Origin: a bacterium
GTDB lineage: Bacteria; UBA8248; JACPRG01; G963555815
Reading direction: 5' to 3'
NCBI GenBank assembly: GCA_965218795.1
Contig: OZ244653.1
Location: 4,704,001-4,768,000, forward strand
Length of the DNA stretch: 64,000 nucleotides
In this document: piece by piece, positions 1 to 9,632 of the stretch
How the letters are laid out: each line of letters starts with the position of its first letter
How positions within the stretch are numbered: position 1 is the first letter of the stretch
Program-made: the position numbers and the translations under genes
The notes under the pieces: model-generated
Databases searched by the model: none
What the model saw: only the letters and a program-made list of their open reading frames with translations
What the model was told of the DNA's origin: nothing

Positions 1-62
1 TATATGGGGGTTCAGAAGGTCTGTCAACGGGCCGCCCGAAAGGCTCCAGGGGACTGATGAGG

Positions 63-896
63 TCACAGTTTTCGATAGGTCTTTTGCAGGATCAGGGCGT
101 CCTCTTCAAGAATAGGGCTTTCGCAAATCAGCAACCCGCCGGCTTTGAAGTCTTTCAAGGCCTTTAAGACCCCTTTGTAGTCAAAAGTCGTTTCCTTGAG
201 AATGACATGATTTCGCTCTCCTTTTGGGCCGTATTCAATGCCCGAAAGGTGGATGTGCATGTCCTTCAGGGCCGTATTGCCAAGTTTAGTACGCACCAAT
301 TCCAAGATTTCGCAAAATTCCTTGTAAGAATTGAATTGACCGGTATTTCGAGCATAGATATGGGAAAAGTCGATGCACGGCCTCACCCCTTTGACGTCTT
401 TCGCCAGCCGCAGGGTTTCCCCCAACGAGCCGAATTGCGAGCCCTTCCCCGTGGTTTCCGGGTCAAGGCAGACGCCGACCTTTTCTTTTCTCAGTTGGGC
501 GGTCAATTCTTTCAAGTGGTTCCGAACTTTTGGGTAAATCTCCTTGGATGTCGCTCCCATATAGAACGCCGGGTGAAATGCGACTCCCGTCGCCTGAAAA
601 CAATGTCCTATCCGGGCGGAGTTCAGGATTCGCTCCCGGCTGGCCTCGATTTTCTCCGGCTCCGGGGAATTCAGATTGATCCAATAAGGGCCGTGGACCG
701 AAAGCGCGACGTCGTTTTCCTTTGCTGCCTTTCCGACTTCGAAGGCCATCGCCTCCTTCATTCGGACGCCCTGAACGAACTCAACCTCCATGCAGTCAAG
801 GCCCAGTTCCCGAATTCGGCGAACCCCGTCGATCGACCCCTTTTTACCCCCGACGCTCGATGGGATGCCGGCCGTACCGAATCGAAGCTCGCTCAT
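63..896 (-). CDS. Endonuclease IV / AP endonuclease family 2 TIM-barrel protein (archaeal-type Nfo-like)
   Basis: MSELRFGTAGIP start; HGPYWINLNS, FHPAF, PETTGK, DFSH, HIHLSGIEY..GE.NH, ESP motifs. ATG overlaps the engB stop (ATGA). Confidence 0.8.
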   Translation of the reverse strand: MSELRFGTAGIPSSVGGKKGSIDGVRRIRELGLDCMEVEFVQGVRMKEAMAFEVGKAAKENDVALSVHGPYWINLNSPEPEKIEASRERILNSARIGHCFQATGVAFHPAFYMGATSKEIYPKVRNHLKELTAQLRKEKVGVCLDPETTGKGSQFGSLGETLRLAKDVKGVRPCIDFSHIYARNTGQFNSYKEFCEILELVRTKLGNTALKDMHIHLSGIEYGPKGERNHVILKETTFDYKGVLKALKDFKAGGLLICESPILEEDALILQKTYRKL

Positions 897-1528
897 CGTT
901 CCCCTTCGTCCTTTGCATCCATGGTTATCGGGCCGCCGGCTCGCAGCCATGGATGAAGCCTGCGCCACAGGATGTTTCTGCCTGACCCGTTGTCTGAGGA
1001 AAATGGAATCGGATCCCCCGCCCCCAGCGATAATTCTTTTTTCACCTGCGCCGCCGCGGCCGCCTGCTTCGATCTCGAGAGCTTGTCGGCCTTGGTCAAG
1101 ACGACCAAGGCGTCGATCTGTTTCGAGGTGAGCCAATGGAGGAGGTCCAGGTCCATCTCCATCACGCCTCGCCGAATGTCCAGAATAAGGACGACCCCCC
1201 GCAGCTCCTGCCGCCGCTCCAGGTAGGTTTCAATCATCTCTTTCCACGATCCCCGGACGCGGCGGGGCACCTTGGCGTACCCGTAACCCGGCAGATCCAC
1301 GAACCGGAACTCTGACTTTCCCGCCCGAATACGAAAGAAGTTGAGGGTCCGCGTTTTCCCCGGCGTCCCGCTGGTCTTGACCAGGCCCTTGCGCCCCAGA
1401 AGGGTATTCATCATCGAGGATTTCCCGACGTTGGAACGGCCGGCGAATGCGACCTCCGGGAAGGAGCCTCCGGGGTAATCCTTGAACCGAACCGCCGATT
1501 TCTCAAACTCCGCTTTCGTCACCTTCAA
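893..1528 (-). CDS. engB: Ribosome biogenesis GTPase YihA/YsxC
   Basis: GRSNVGKSS, TPGKT, DLPGYG, TKADK motifs. Confidence 0.95.
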   Translation of the reverse strand: MKVTKAEFEKSAVRFKDYPGGSFPEVAFAGRSNVGKSSMMNTLLGRKGLVKTSGTPGKTRTLNFFRIRAGKSEFRFVDLPGYGYAKVPRRVRGSWKEMIETYLERRQELRGVVLILDIRRGVMEMDLDLLHWLTSKQIDALVVLTKADKLSRSKQAAAAAQVKKELSLGAGDPIPFSSDNGSGRNILWRRLHPWLRAGGPITMDAKDEGER

Positions 1529-2319
1529 GGGGGGTTCCTCCCCGGCGGCTGGCTCTTGGAAAGAACCGCTTCGGCCAGTCGCGGCAGGATCTCTCCTGCC
1601 TGCCCCTTCAGGACGATATCGGCCTGATCATCCAGTGGGGTATCTTCCCGGTTGATGATGATGAGCCGGCACCCGCGGGATTTCGCCCTCGCCGGCAGAT
1701 TGGCCGCGGGTTGGACGACGAGGGAAGTTCCTACCACGAGGAAAGCATCGGCCTCTCCGGTCCACTTCATGGCTGATGCCATTCGGTCCGGCGGAATTCC
1801 TTCTCCAAAGAAGACCGCATCCGTCTTTTGAATTCCACCGCAGTCCGGGCAATGTGGGGGCAGCTCGCCCCCCGCCACCCGCTCGTTCACCGAATCCCGA
1901 CTTTCGCGGTTCCCGCAGTCAAGACACTTCACCCAGTGCGAGGTTCCGTGGATCTCGATGAGGTCAATATCCGGGTAGCCCGCTTTTTGGTGCATGCCGT
2001 CAGTGTTCTGCGTAATGACTCGACGAAGGATCCCGCCCCTGTGCAACTCCGCGAAGGCCCGATGCCCGGCGTGAGGGACCGCCTCTTTGTTTTGTCTGTA
2101 AGCCGGAGGGGTCATCTGCCAGTAGCGAATTCGCGATTCGATATCGTTCACATAATAGCGGTATGTGAAATCCCTTTGGTCCATTCGGGTCCAGATTCCT
2201 CCAGGGGAGCGAAAATCGGGGATTCCGGATTCCGTGCTCAGGCCTGCTCCGGTCATGGCGACAGCAGAGCGGCTCTCCGTCAAAATCCCTACAGCCTTTT
2301 GAAGCGGTTTTGTATCCAT
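1525..2319 (-). CDS. cobB: Sir2-family NAD-dependent protein deacylase
   Basis: GAGLSTESGIPDFR, TQNTDGMH, HG, two CxxC, GTSLVV, IIIN motifs. Confidence 0.9.
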   Translation of the reverse strand: MDTKPLQKAVGILTESRSAVAMTGAGLSTESGIPDFRSPGGIWTRMDQRDFTYRYYVNDIESRIRYWQMTPPAYRQNKEAVPHAGHRAFAELHRGGILRRVITQNTDGMHQKAGYPDIDLIEIHGTSHWVKCLDCGNRESRDSVNERVAGGELPPHCPDCGGIQKTDAVFFGEGIPPDRMASAMKWTGEADAFLVVGTSLVVQPAANLPARAKSRGCRLIIINREDTPLDDQADIVLKGQAGEILPRLAEAVLSKSQPPGRNPP

Positions 2320-2379
2320 ACCCCGTTCTATTGTTGAGAAATCACCCTACCCGGATGGGTCGGGGTTCCATCCCTTGCA

Positions 2380-3348
2380 TTACAAAAAGATCATCCCCAT
2401 GAGAACCAGATAGAGCACATACGCCGCAAGGATCGTACCGCCCTCAACCCGGCTGATACGACCTCCTCGCATTCCGAACGTCAGGAGCAATGCGATCAGG
2501 AGAACGGAGAAAGGGACGTCAAGCCCCCGTGTCTGTGGTACGACGGGCAAGGGGTGGGCGAGGGCGCTCGCACCAACGACCCAGAAAATATTCAAGACGT
2601 TGGCTCCCAGAATGTTTCCCAGACTGAGGTCGACATGTCCCCGGATTGAGGTTGCGACGGCGAACGTAATCTCCGGGAGAGATGTGCCGATGGCAACAAT
2701 GGTCAACCCGATGATGAGATCCGAGACCCCTGCGTGCCGTGCGATTTGAGCCCCATTTTGAACAAGGAAAATGCATCCCACGCCGACGCAAACGGCTCCG
2801 ACGATGAACCACGAGATCGGGTGGACCCAATTCTTCGCGATGATCTCAAGGGCGGATTCATCCAATTCGTTTTCCGATGACGACTGCCGCCAGCTGAGAT
2901 AAAGAAACGCGAAGAAAGCGAGTGTAAAGAGCACGCCATGGGCGCGCCCAATCGTCTGACCGAAGGTCGCACCTGTCATCGCGAGCGCCGCGGCCAAGGC
3001 ATAGAGCCCTTGAAACCGAAAAATCTTTTTTGGAACGGGGTAGGCCCTGAGCAGTGCGGTCATTCCGACAATCAACCCGATGTTGCAAAGGTAGGAGCCC
3101 ACCGCGTTTCCGACCGCCATCAGAGGTTTGGCCAAAAGCGCCGCGCTGAATGAAGTTACGAATTCAGGAAAGGTGGTGGCAAGGCTTACAATTGTGGCCC
3201 CCACCACCACCTTGGGGATATTGGCTGCCTCGGCGATGAAAACGGCTCCGGATTCGAACTTCCCGGCCCCCCATACCACCAATGCGGCACCCAGAGTAAA
3301 AAAGATGCTGTTCGCAGGCAGGCTCAGGCTCGCAAAGTAGGATTCCAA
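2380..3348 (-). CDS. Calcium/sodium antiporter (CaCA, YrbG-like)
   Basis: Two alpha repeats (ATTFPE..GNAVGS and GTSLPE..GNILGAN); many hydrophobic helices. Confidence 0.9.
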   Translation of the reverse strand: MESYFASLSLPANSIFFTLGAALVVWGAGKFESGAVFIAEAANIPKVVVGATIVSLATTFPEFVTSFSAALLAKPLMAVGNAVGSYLCNIGLIVGMTALLRAYPVPKKIFRFQGLYALAAALAMTGATFGQTIGRAHGVLFTLAFFAFLYLSWRQSSSENELDESALEIIAKNWVHPISWFIVGAVCVGVGCIFLVQNGAQIARHAGVSDLIIGLTIVAIGTSLPEITFAVATSIRGHVDLSLGNILGANVLNIFWVVGASALAHPLPVVPQTRGLDVPFSVLLIALLLTFGMRGGRISRVEGGTILAAYVLYLVLMGMIFL

Positions 3349-3438
3349 CGGACAGTCCTCGGACTCGATCCTCTCCGCATTCGTCGCGGATCCCCTCTCA
3401 TGCGGTGGAGGCTCGGCCCTTTCAGGGTGTGATTCAAT

Positions 3439-4140
3439 TCATCGGGGCGCAATCAGGACGACAAACTCTCCCTTGGGTTTCTTCGCAGCGAGTGCTTCAG
3501 CAATTTCTCCAGGCGTTCCGCGAATCTTCTCTTCGTGAATTTTCGTCAGCTCGCGAATGACAACGACCTGTCGCTCACCCATGATTTCTTGGAGTTCGCG
3601 GAGAAGCTTGACAATCCGATGGGGAGATTCGTACAAGATAACCGTGCGCGATTCTTCCCCAAGGACTTCGAGCCGCCGGAGCCGGCGGCCCGCCTTGACG
3701 GGCAGAAAACCCTCGAAGGTAAACCGATCCGTCGGAAGCCCGCTGCACGACAGAGCGGCCGTCACGGCCGAAGGGCCGGGGATTGGTACGACGGGAAGAT
3801 CTCCCTCAATCGCGCGTTTCACCAGATAATACCCCGGGTCGGAAATACCGGGAGTTCCGGAATCCGTCACCAGTGCCACGCTCTCTCCCTCCCGCAACCG
3901 CTGAAGCAGAGAAGGTGTCCGTGCTTCTTTATTGTGGTCGTGAAAGCTTTCGAGTCGTTTCCCGGTAATTCCATGCCGAGAGAGCAGCTTCCTGGTGTGT
4001 CGCGTGTCCTCCGCCGCAATGAGGTCTGCGGATTCCAGAGTTCTCAATGCCCGCAGGGTAATGTCTTCCAGATTTCCGATAGGGGTCGCGACGACAAACA
4101 GCTCCCCGGTGCAATTTCCTTTTCCCTGTAGAGCGATCAT
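3439..4140 (-). CDS. rsmI: 16S rRNA (cytidine1402-2'-O)-methyltransferase
   Basis: VATPIGNLEDIT, AAEDTR, DSGTPGISDPG, YESPHR, RELTKIHEE, KGEFV. Confidence 0.95.
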   Translation of the reverse strand: MIALQGKGNCTGELFVVATPIGNLEDITLRALRTLESADLIAAEDTRHTRKLLSRHGITGKRLESFHDHNKEARTPSLLQRLREGESVALVTDSGTPGISDPGYYLVKRAIEGDLPVVPIPGPSAVTAALSCSGLPTDRFTFEGFLPVKAGRRLRRLEVLGEESRTVILYESPHRIVKLLRELQEIMGERQVVVIRELTKIHEEKIRGTPGEIAEALAAKKPKGEFVVLIAPR

Positions 4141-4308
4141 CCGGACATTCTAAGCGACGAACCGGCCTGTCGACGAGAGCTTCCGCAATGCAGGGAGAAT
4201 TCCGCGGTTGTTTCTCATCTCAAGAGAATACTATGATGTTGAGGTATCATTTGCTATTACAAGGCCTGGGGTGGAAAAGAGGAATCCCTTCGCTGGGAAC
4301 TTCAGATC

Positions 4309-5373
4309 ATGAAAGTTTATGAGCGGCTGATTCGGCCCGCGTTGTTTACGCTCCCCGCGGAAAGGGCTCATGAATTTGCGAAACGCGCCCTCGGAATCGA
4401 AGCCCCTTGGCGACGGCTGGCGGGACGGTTTGAATCCCGCGATCTTCGTCTGGAGACCGAAGTGGCCGGCCTCCGCCAGTCCAGTCCCATTGGCCTGACC
4501 GCGGGATTGGATAAAGACGCCGAGGCATTGCCGGGCCTCTTCCATCTGGGTTTTGGCAGTCTCACCATCGGAACGATGATGCCTCGGGTCAGGAAAGGGA
4601 ACCCCAGACCCCGCATTGTGCGTCTTCCGGATCGGATGGCCGTCATCGATCATATGGGCCTGCCGTCCAAGGGAATCGCGTACGGAGTGGGCCGGTTGAA
4701 ATCATTCCGTGCCCGTCACCCAATCGGTCAGGGACCCCCGGTCATCGTCAGCGTGGGCGGACTCACCATCGATGAAGTCCTGGCGTCCCATCAGGCCGTC
4801 GAGCCGTTGTCAGACGCTGTCGAGTTTGATCTCACCTGCCCAAACGTCACTGAACGGGGAGATTTCGAGACCCTCGAGGGAATGAAGCGATTTGTGGAGC
4901 GACTTGTCGAGGTGCGGAGCAAGCCGTGTTTTTTCCGATTGCCCCTTCGACTCTCGGACGATCACTGGCGCAAGGGCCTTGCCATCACCGAGATCGCTGT
5001 GGAATATGGGGTCGAGGGGGTCACGCCGGCCGGTGGGATTGCCATTGATGATAGCCGGTTGGCGCTGAAAAAGGGCGCATTGGCGGGAAAGCCTCTACTG
5101 GAGAACTCTCTTCAAATCCTGCGGGATTTAAGAAGCGCGTTTGGTCAGGACATTGTGATTCGCATCGCGGGAGGGGCGACGGATGGCAACGCTGTCTTTC
5201 GGATGCTGGAAGCGGGAGCGGACGCCGTGAATGTCTTGACGGCTTTCATCTACCGAGGTCCCGGCGCCGCGGGGGCCATGAATCGGGAGTTGAGTGAAAT
5301 CATGGACGCGGAGGGGGTGGGATCCGTCGGAGAGATTCGCTCCCGGGCGGCCGCCGTCGCGTCCGGCGCTTAG
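4309..5373 (+). CDS. Dihydroorotate dehydrogenase-like FMN enzyme, paralogue 1 (non-canonical active site)
   Basis: Class 2-like N-terminus (LIRPALFTLPAERAH), AGLDK, GNPRPR, DLTCPN, TAFIYRGP. Confidence 0.8.
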   Translation: MKVYERLIRPALFTLPAERAHEFAKRALGIEAPWRRLAGRFESRDLRLETEVAGLRQSSPIGLTAGLDKDAEALPGLFHLGFGSLTIGTMMPRVRKGNPRPRIVRLPDRMAVIDHMGLPSKGIAYGVGRLKSFRARHPIGQGPPVIVSVGGLTIDEVLASHQAVEPLSDAVEFDLTCPNVTERGDFETLEGMKRFVERLVEVRSKPCFFRLPLRLSDDHWRKGLAITEIAVEYGVEGVTPAGGIAIDDSRLALKKGALAGKPLLENSLQILRDLRSAFGQDIVIRIAGGATDGNAVFRMLEAGADAVNVLTAFIYRGPGAAGAMNRELSEIMDAEGVGSVGEIRSRAAAVASGA

Positions 5374-5422
5374 AGTTCGTATCCGCCCGTCTTATTCGTT
5401 CGAAAATGAGAGACCGCTGCTC

Positions 5423-6490
5423 GTGAGTCTTTACACTCGGGCGATCCGTCCTGTCCTTTTTACCCTGCCCGCTGAAAGCGCCCATCATCTGGCCAAGCGC
5501 GCGCTTTCCATCGAGTTCCCTTGGCGCATATTCGGTCAACAGTATCAGGTCCTCGATCCACGGCTGGAATGCGAGGTTGCGGGACTCCATCAACGCAGTC
5601 CGTTCGGTCTCACGGCAGGATTCGACAAGGATGCATTGGCTCTTCCCGGACTTTCTCATCTCGGGTTCGGGAGCATCACCGTGGGAGCCATTATGCCGAG
5701 ATTCAGGGAGGGGAATCCGAAACCGCGTTTGGCCCGACGTCCCGCGGATGGCGCGTTGGTCAATTGCATGGGGCTTCCCTCCAAGGGTCTCGACTATGCC
5801 GTTCGCAACCTCCGGCGCTACCGCGCGGTTCATTCCGTTGGCGGCCCGCCGATCATTGCCAACGTCGGCGGGTTCTCCAAAGAGGAAATTCTGTCCACCT
5901 TCAGAGCGAGCGAGCCTTACGTGGACGCTGTCGAGCTGGACCTGACCTGCCCAAATGTGAAGGTGGAAGGGGAAATGGCGAAGATGGACGGCATTCGATC
6001 CGCTATGGACCAGGTCATGGCCGAGCGGACCAAGCCGATTTTCACCAAACTTCCTCTACGTTCCACCGATGAGGACTGGCGGAGGGCGATTGAGATGACC
6101 CATGCCGCGGCTGAAGCGGGACTGGACGGCATTACAGCGGCGGGGAACCTCCGCGTCGAGGACCGGCGGCTTTCGAAGCCTCAGGTATCGTTGACCGGTC
6201 GGCCGTGCTTTGAAAACACGTTGGACATCGTCCGGGAGTTGCGGGCGGCCGCTGGCGAGCGGCTGGCGATTCGGATGGCCGGCGGGGTATCTACGGGCGA
6301 GGATGTCTTTCGCCTGCTTCAGGCCGGCGCGGATGCGGCGAACGTGTTCACGTCTTTTGTGTATCAGGGACCATCGATTGCCGCGCGCGTCAACCATCAA
6401 TTACTCGCGAAGATGGATCAGGAAGGTGTTGGGTCTGTCCACGAGTTGAAAGGACGCCGGTCTCAATCCACAGCGGCTGTATCCGGGTGA
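5423..6490 (+). CDS. Dihydroorotate dehydrogenase-like FMN enzyme, paralogue 2
   Basis: Colinear with paralogue 1: AGFDK, GNPKPR, NCMGLPSKG, DLTCPN, TSFVYQGP. GTG start chosen by alignment to paralogue 1. Confidence 0.8.
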   Translation: MSLYTRAIRPVLFTLPAESAHHLAKRALSIEFPWRIFGQQYQVLDPRLECEVAGLHQRSPFGLTAGFDKDALALPGLSHLGFGSITVGAIMPRFREGNPKPRLARRPADGALVNCMGLPSKGLDYAVRNLRRYRAVHSVGGPPIIANVGGFSKEEILSTFRASEPYVDAVELDLTCPNVKVEGEMAKMDGIRSAMDQVMAERTKPIFTKLPLRSTDEDWRRAIEMTHAAAEAGLDGITAAGNLRVEDRRLSKPQVSLTGRPCFENTLDIVRELRAAAGERLAIRMAGGVSTGEDVFRLLQAGADAANVFTSFVYQGPSIAARVNHQLLAKMDQEGVGSVHELKGRRSQSTAAVSG

Positions 6491-6590
6491 CGTCCGATCC
6501 CCGCATTTTGATTCCGAAATCATTGAATCTCGAATTTCCTGATTCTTCTGCCTGGGAAAATCCCCTATCAATCTTCGATGAACGCGTTCG

Positions 6591-7325
6591 ATGAATAGAG
6601 ATTTCCTCCAAATCCTGCTTCGATTCTTTCAAGATGTTTCCCCGTTATCTCTCGCCAGATGCTATCCGAAAGGATTGAAAAGAGAGGATGCGGAATTCCT
6701 GCAAAGGCTGGACTTCAAGGGACGTACCGTCTATGACGTCGGAGCCTACAAGGGCTATTACAGTTTATTTTTCGCCCGGGCGGTGGGGTCTCGGGGGCGA
6801 GTGATATCGTTCGAGCCCCATCCCGAAAACTTTCGAAAATTGACGAAGAGGACCAAGTGGAATCTGCTTGACAATGTCGAACTGCGGCAGGTTGCCATAG
6901 GAAAGGAAAGCGGGAGGGGAAATTTGGCTTTTCGGGCCTCCGGTACGGGGACCTCGAGCCTTCAGGAAGGGTTGAGCGCGGATATTTCCCAGGAAGTCGA
7001 CAGCCAGACGGTTCTTGTCGATATGGACTCCCTGGACCACTTGGTATCCGCCTACAGATTGCCGCAACCGGATTTCATCAAGATTGATGTCGAGGGTCTC
7101 GAGATGGAGGCTCTTTCAGGCATGGAAGATACATTGGAGAAGTTCAGGCCGGAACTGCTCATCGAGATTCACGGCGCGGACCTGAAAAGCAGGCTGAGGA
7201 ATGCGGAAGAAGTCGTCGGATTTTTGATCCGTAAGAAATATTCTCTTCATCACGTCGAATCCAATTCGGAAATCACCATCGACAATTTTGAAATTGCAAA
7301 GGAGGGGCATTTGTATTGCTCTTAG
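6591..7325 (+). CDS. FkbM-family methyltransferase
   Basis: YDVGAYKG, SFEP, FIKIDVEGLE, LLIEIH. Confidence 0.88.
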   Translation: MNRDFLQILLRFFQDVSPLSLARCYPKGLKREDAEFLQRLDFKGRTVYDVGAYKGYYSLFFARAVGSRGRVISFEPHPENFRKLTKRTKWNLLDNVELRQVAIGKESGRGNLAFRASGTGTSSLQEGLSADISQEVDSQTVLVDMDSLDHLVSAYRLPQPDFIKIDVEGLEMEALSGMEDTLEKFRPELLIEIHGADLKSRLRNAEEVVGFLIRKKYSLHHVESNSEITIDNFEIAKEGHLYCS

Positions 7326-7391
7326 GTTTCAGGGTTCGGATTCCTTCGTCGGCCGGGGGGAACGTTTGGCGATTGAGTTGAAGGTGCATGC

Positions 7392-7421
7392 AAAAAGGGA
7401 GACCCATCTCCGGGCCTCCCT
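7392..7421 (-). terminator. Probable intrinsic terminator of the minus-strand deaminase/binding-protein cluster
   Basis: Imperfect GC stem AGGGAGACCC/GGGCCTCCCT next to an A5 run (U-tract on the minus strand), just past the stop at 7445. Confidence 0.45.
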
Positions 7422-7444
7422 CTTCTGGAATCATTTTTCAGGTT

Positions 7445-8327
7445 TCAGACCGAAACGCGGACGGTGATTTTCTCGTAGTCCTTTTCCTTCATCTCATCCC
7501 GAAGGCCCCAGGACTCAAGCCAGGCATGGGTCTCTTCATAGAACCCCTTGTCGTACGGCTCGAAGACCAGGAGTTCGCCGAGAGAAAACTTCGAGTAATC
7601 GTAACCTCCCCTCAAATGGGGGGGAATGTTTTTCTCCCACAGCGGCAAGCAGGACGAAGGATTGGCGCGCAGTTCTGCGTCGGCCCTCTGTAGCACCTGA
7701 AAATAGGCGTTCATAACGTTTACGTCCAGGGCGTCACTGACCCAAAACAGCGTTCGGAATTGCCCCTGGGCCAGACGGCGCATTCCCTTCTGTTCGGCCA
7801 TGCTGACTTCGGGGTCCAGGAGGTTGACCGCGTTGATCTCCCCGGATTCCAATGCCTCGAGCCGCTTTCCCGGTCCGCCCAGGTTGAGGATGATGATTTT
7901 GTCCCGAGGGTGAATCATCTCCATCGCTTTCAGAGCCGTGAAGTGGCTCCCCGCCCGGATGCCGACCCCGATGGGAACGCCCCCGAGATCGAGAAGCGAG
8001 CGATAAGGAGAATCCGGACGGACGAAAACGGAGTAGTTGGCCACCCCGTAGAGATCCGGCACGAACTTTCCCATTCCGGCCCCCGCATTGCTCGTCGATC
8101 CCCAGTGGCAGGCGGAATTGACGACTGAGATCCCTTCCATGAACGGACGGTCCTGCGGGCGGTCGTAATAGGCTTTCCCGTCGTGCGTGCTGACGTCATG
8201 CAGCACGCCTTCCAGGTGCTCCGGTTCCAATCCCTCCTCCTGCGTAGGTACCGTTCCGAAGCGCAACCCATTCATGAAGCCGCATGAAATGAGGGACGAC
8301 TTTGATAACCGTCAATTCTGATGCCAT
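7445..8327 (-). CDS. NMT1/THI5/SsuA-like substrate-binding protein with a 1-nt frameshift at ~8243
   Basis: Removing base 8243 joins MASELTVIKVVPHFMRLHEWVALRNGTY to QEEGLEPE...; later motifs VRPDSPYRSLLDLGGVPIGV, GSHF, RLEALESGEINA. GGGAGA RBS upstream. Confidence 0.7.
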
Positions 8328-8426
8328 GGTGGTCTCTCCCACCTTGCAAGAAACTCTTTCTTCTAATGGGTTCAATTCGACCGCGGACAAAAAATTCCCC
8401 TTGCTGCCGGACCGCGCGGGTCCGGT

Positions 8427-8921
8427 TCAGCCCGGAGGCGTGGAGGGCGCCGCGAGGTCCCAATCCTGCCAGGCCTTGAACACCTCTTCGGCCCTTTCTT
8501 CCAAAATGCCCCGAATAACCTGAATGTCCAAACCGCTCAGCTCTACCACTCGCTCAATGGTGTAATCTCTCAGGTCATATCGCCCGTTGGAGTGCCTCCG
8601 GAGAGCTTCGGGACCGGCGCCAATGACTACTGTACCGATGCCGGAATAAAGGGCGGCTCCGGCGCACATCGGACAGGGATCGCAGTTGGCGTACATGACG
8701 CAGCCCCGCATGTCGCCCTTGCCCAGATGCTGCGCTGCTTCACGGATGGCGTTCATCTCGGCATGGGCGGTCGGATCCTTCATGGCAATCCCTGTGCTCC
8801 TTCCCTTGCCGATGACCTGCCCGTCCTTCACAATGATGCCCCCGTAGGGCAGGAATCCCGCCCGGACGCCGTCCTCCGCCTCCTGAATGGCCATGGCCAT
8901 GAATTTTTCGTGGTCCGCCAA
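8427..8921 (-). CDS. Zinc-dependent nucleoside/nucleobase deaminase (copy 4)
   Basis: PYG, DPTAHAE, NCDPCPMC. Confidence 0.9.
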   Translation of the reverse strand: MADHEKFMAMAIQEAEDGVRAGFLPYGGIIVKDGQVIGKGRSTGIAMKDPTAHAEMNAIREAAQHLGKGDMRGCVMYANCDPCPMCAGAALYSGIGTVVIGAGPEALRRHSNGRYDLRDYTIERVVELSGLDIQVIRGILEERAEEVFKAWQDWDLAAPSTPPG

Positions 8922-8970
8922 GAGCTTTCGTTCTCCAGGTCTTATGCTCTCATCTGATGAGCGTGGAGGG

Positions 8971-9474
8971 TTACTCGCCGGATCTCAGGACATTCGGAGA
9001 CGCGGTCGACCAGTCCCCATATTCGCGAAAGGCGCGTTCCACCTCTTCTTCAAGAACTTCAGTGACGACCTCCATTTGGAATCCGGTCAACTCCAGCAGG
9101 CGCTCGATGCTGTAGTCCTTCAGGTCATAGGACCCCCCCGATTCACTCCTCAGCGTATCAATGCTGGCCCCGATGACGATGCCTTGAGCCCCGGAAGCCA
9201 CGGTCGCCCATGCGCACATCGGGCAAGGATGGCACGAGGTATATAAAGTGCAGTCGCTGAGTATGGGACCCTTGAGATTAGCCGCCGTGTTCCGAACTGC
9301 CATGGTCTCCGCATGCGCGGTCGGGTCTCCTGTCGAATTGACGATGTTCCGTCCTCTGCCCACGATTTCGCCTTCTCGAACGACGACGGAACCAAACGGC
9401 CGCTCTCCCGATTGGATTGCGCCGCGCATTTCCTCGATGGCCATGGCCATGAATTTTTCGTGTTCACTGCTCAT
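8971..9474 (-). CDS. Zinc-dependent nucleoside/nucleobase deaminase (copy 3)
   Basis: MSSEHEKFM start matches the paralogues; PFG, DPTAHAE, SCHPCPMC. Confidence 0.9.
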   Translation of the reverse strand: MSSEHEKFMAMAIEEMRGAIQSGERPFGSVVVREGEIVGRGRNIVNSTGDPTAHAETMAVRNTAANLKGPILSDCTLYTSCHPCPMCAWATVASGAQGIVIGASIDTLRSESGGSYDLKDYSIERLLELTGFQMEVVTEVLEEEVERAFREYGDWSTASPNVLRSGE

Positions 9475-9529
9475 TCTGGCTTTCTCCCGGCTTGGGTCTG
9501 ATATGGAAAGACCTTTCCGACCCGGCTGG

Positions 9530-9610
9530 AGCTTGGACCGGTCATATTCCTCCAAAACCTTTTCTGCTTCATCCTGCAAGACACCCCGGACGACTCCCAA
9601 TTCGCCCTCG
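9530..9610 (-). pseudogene. C-terminal remnant of an additional deaminase copy
   Basis: Encodes LGVVRGVLQDEAEKVLEEYDRSKL, matching the C-termini of the neighbours (LEVIRGVLQDDAEKALAEYDWSTL; LQVIWGVLQDEAEQVLAEYGWSKI). Confidence 0.7.
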
Positions 9611-9632
9611 GCATGTTCGGCGACTGATCCGG

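Noticed and set aside
9475-9600. Genuine N-terminal extension of deaminase copy 3
   Set aside because: All paralogues start at M(S/A)xxHE; the extension is a duplicated C-terminal remnant.
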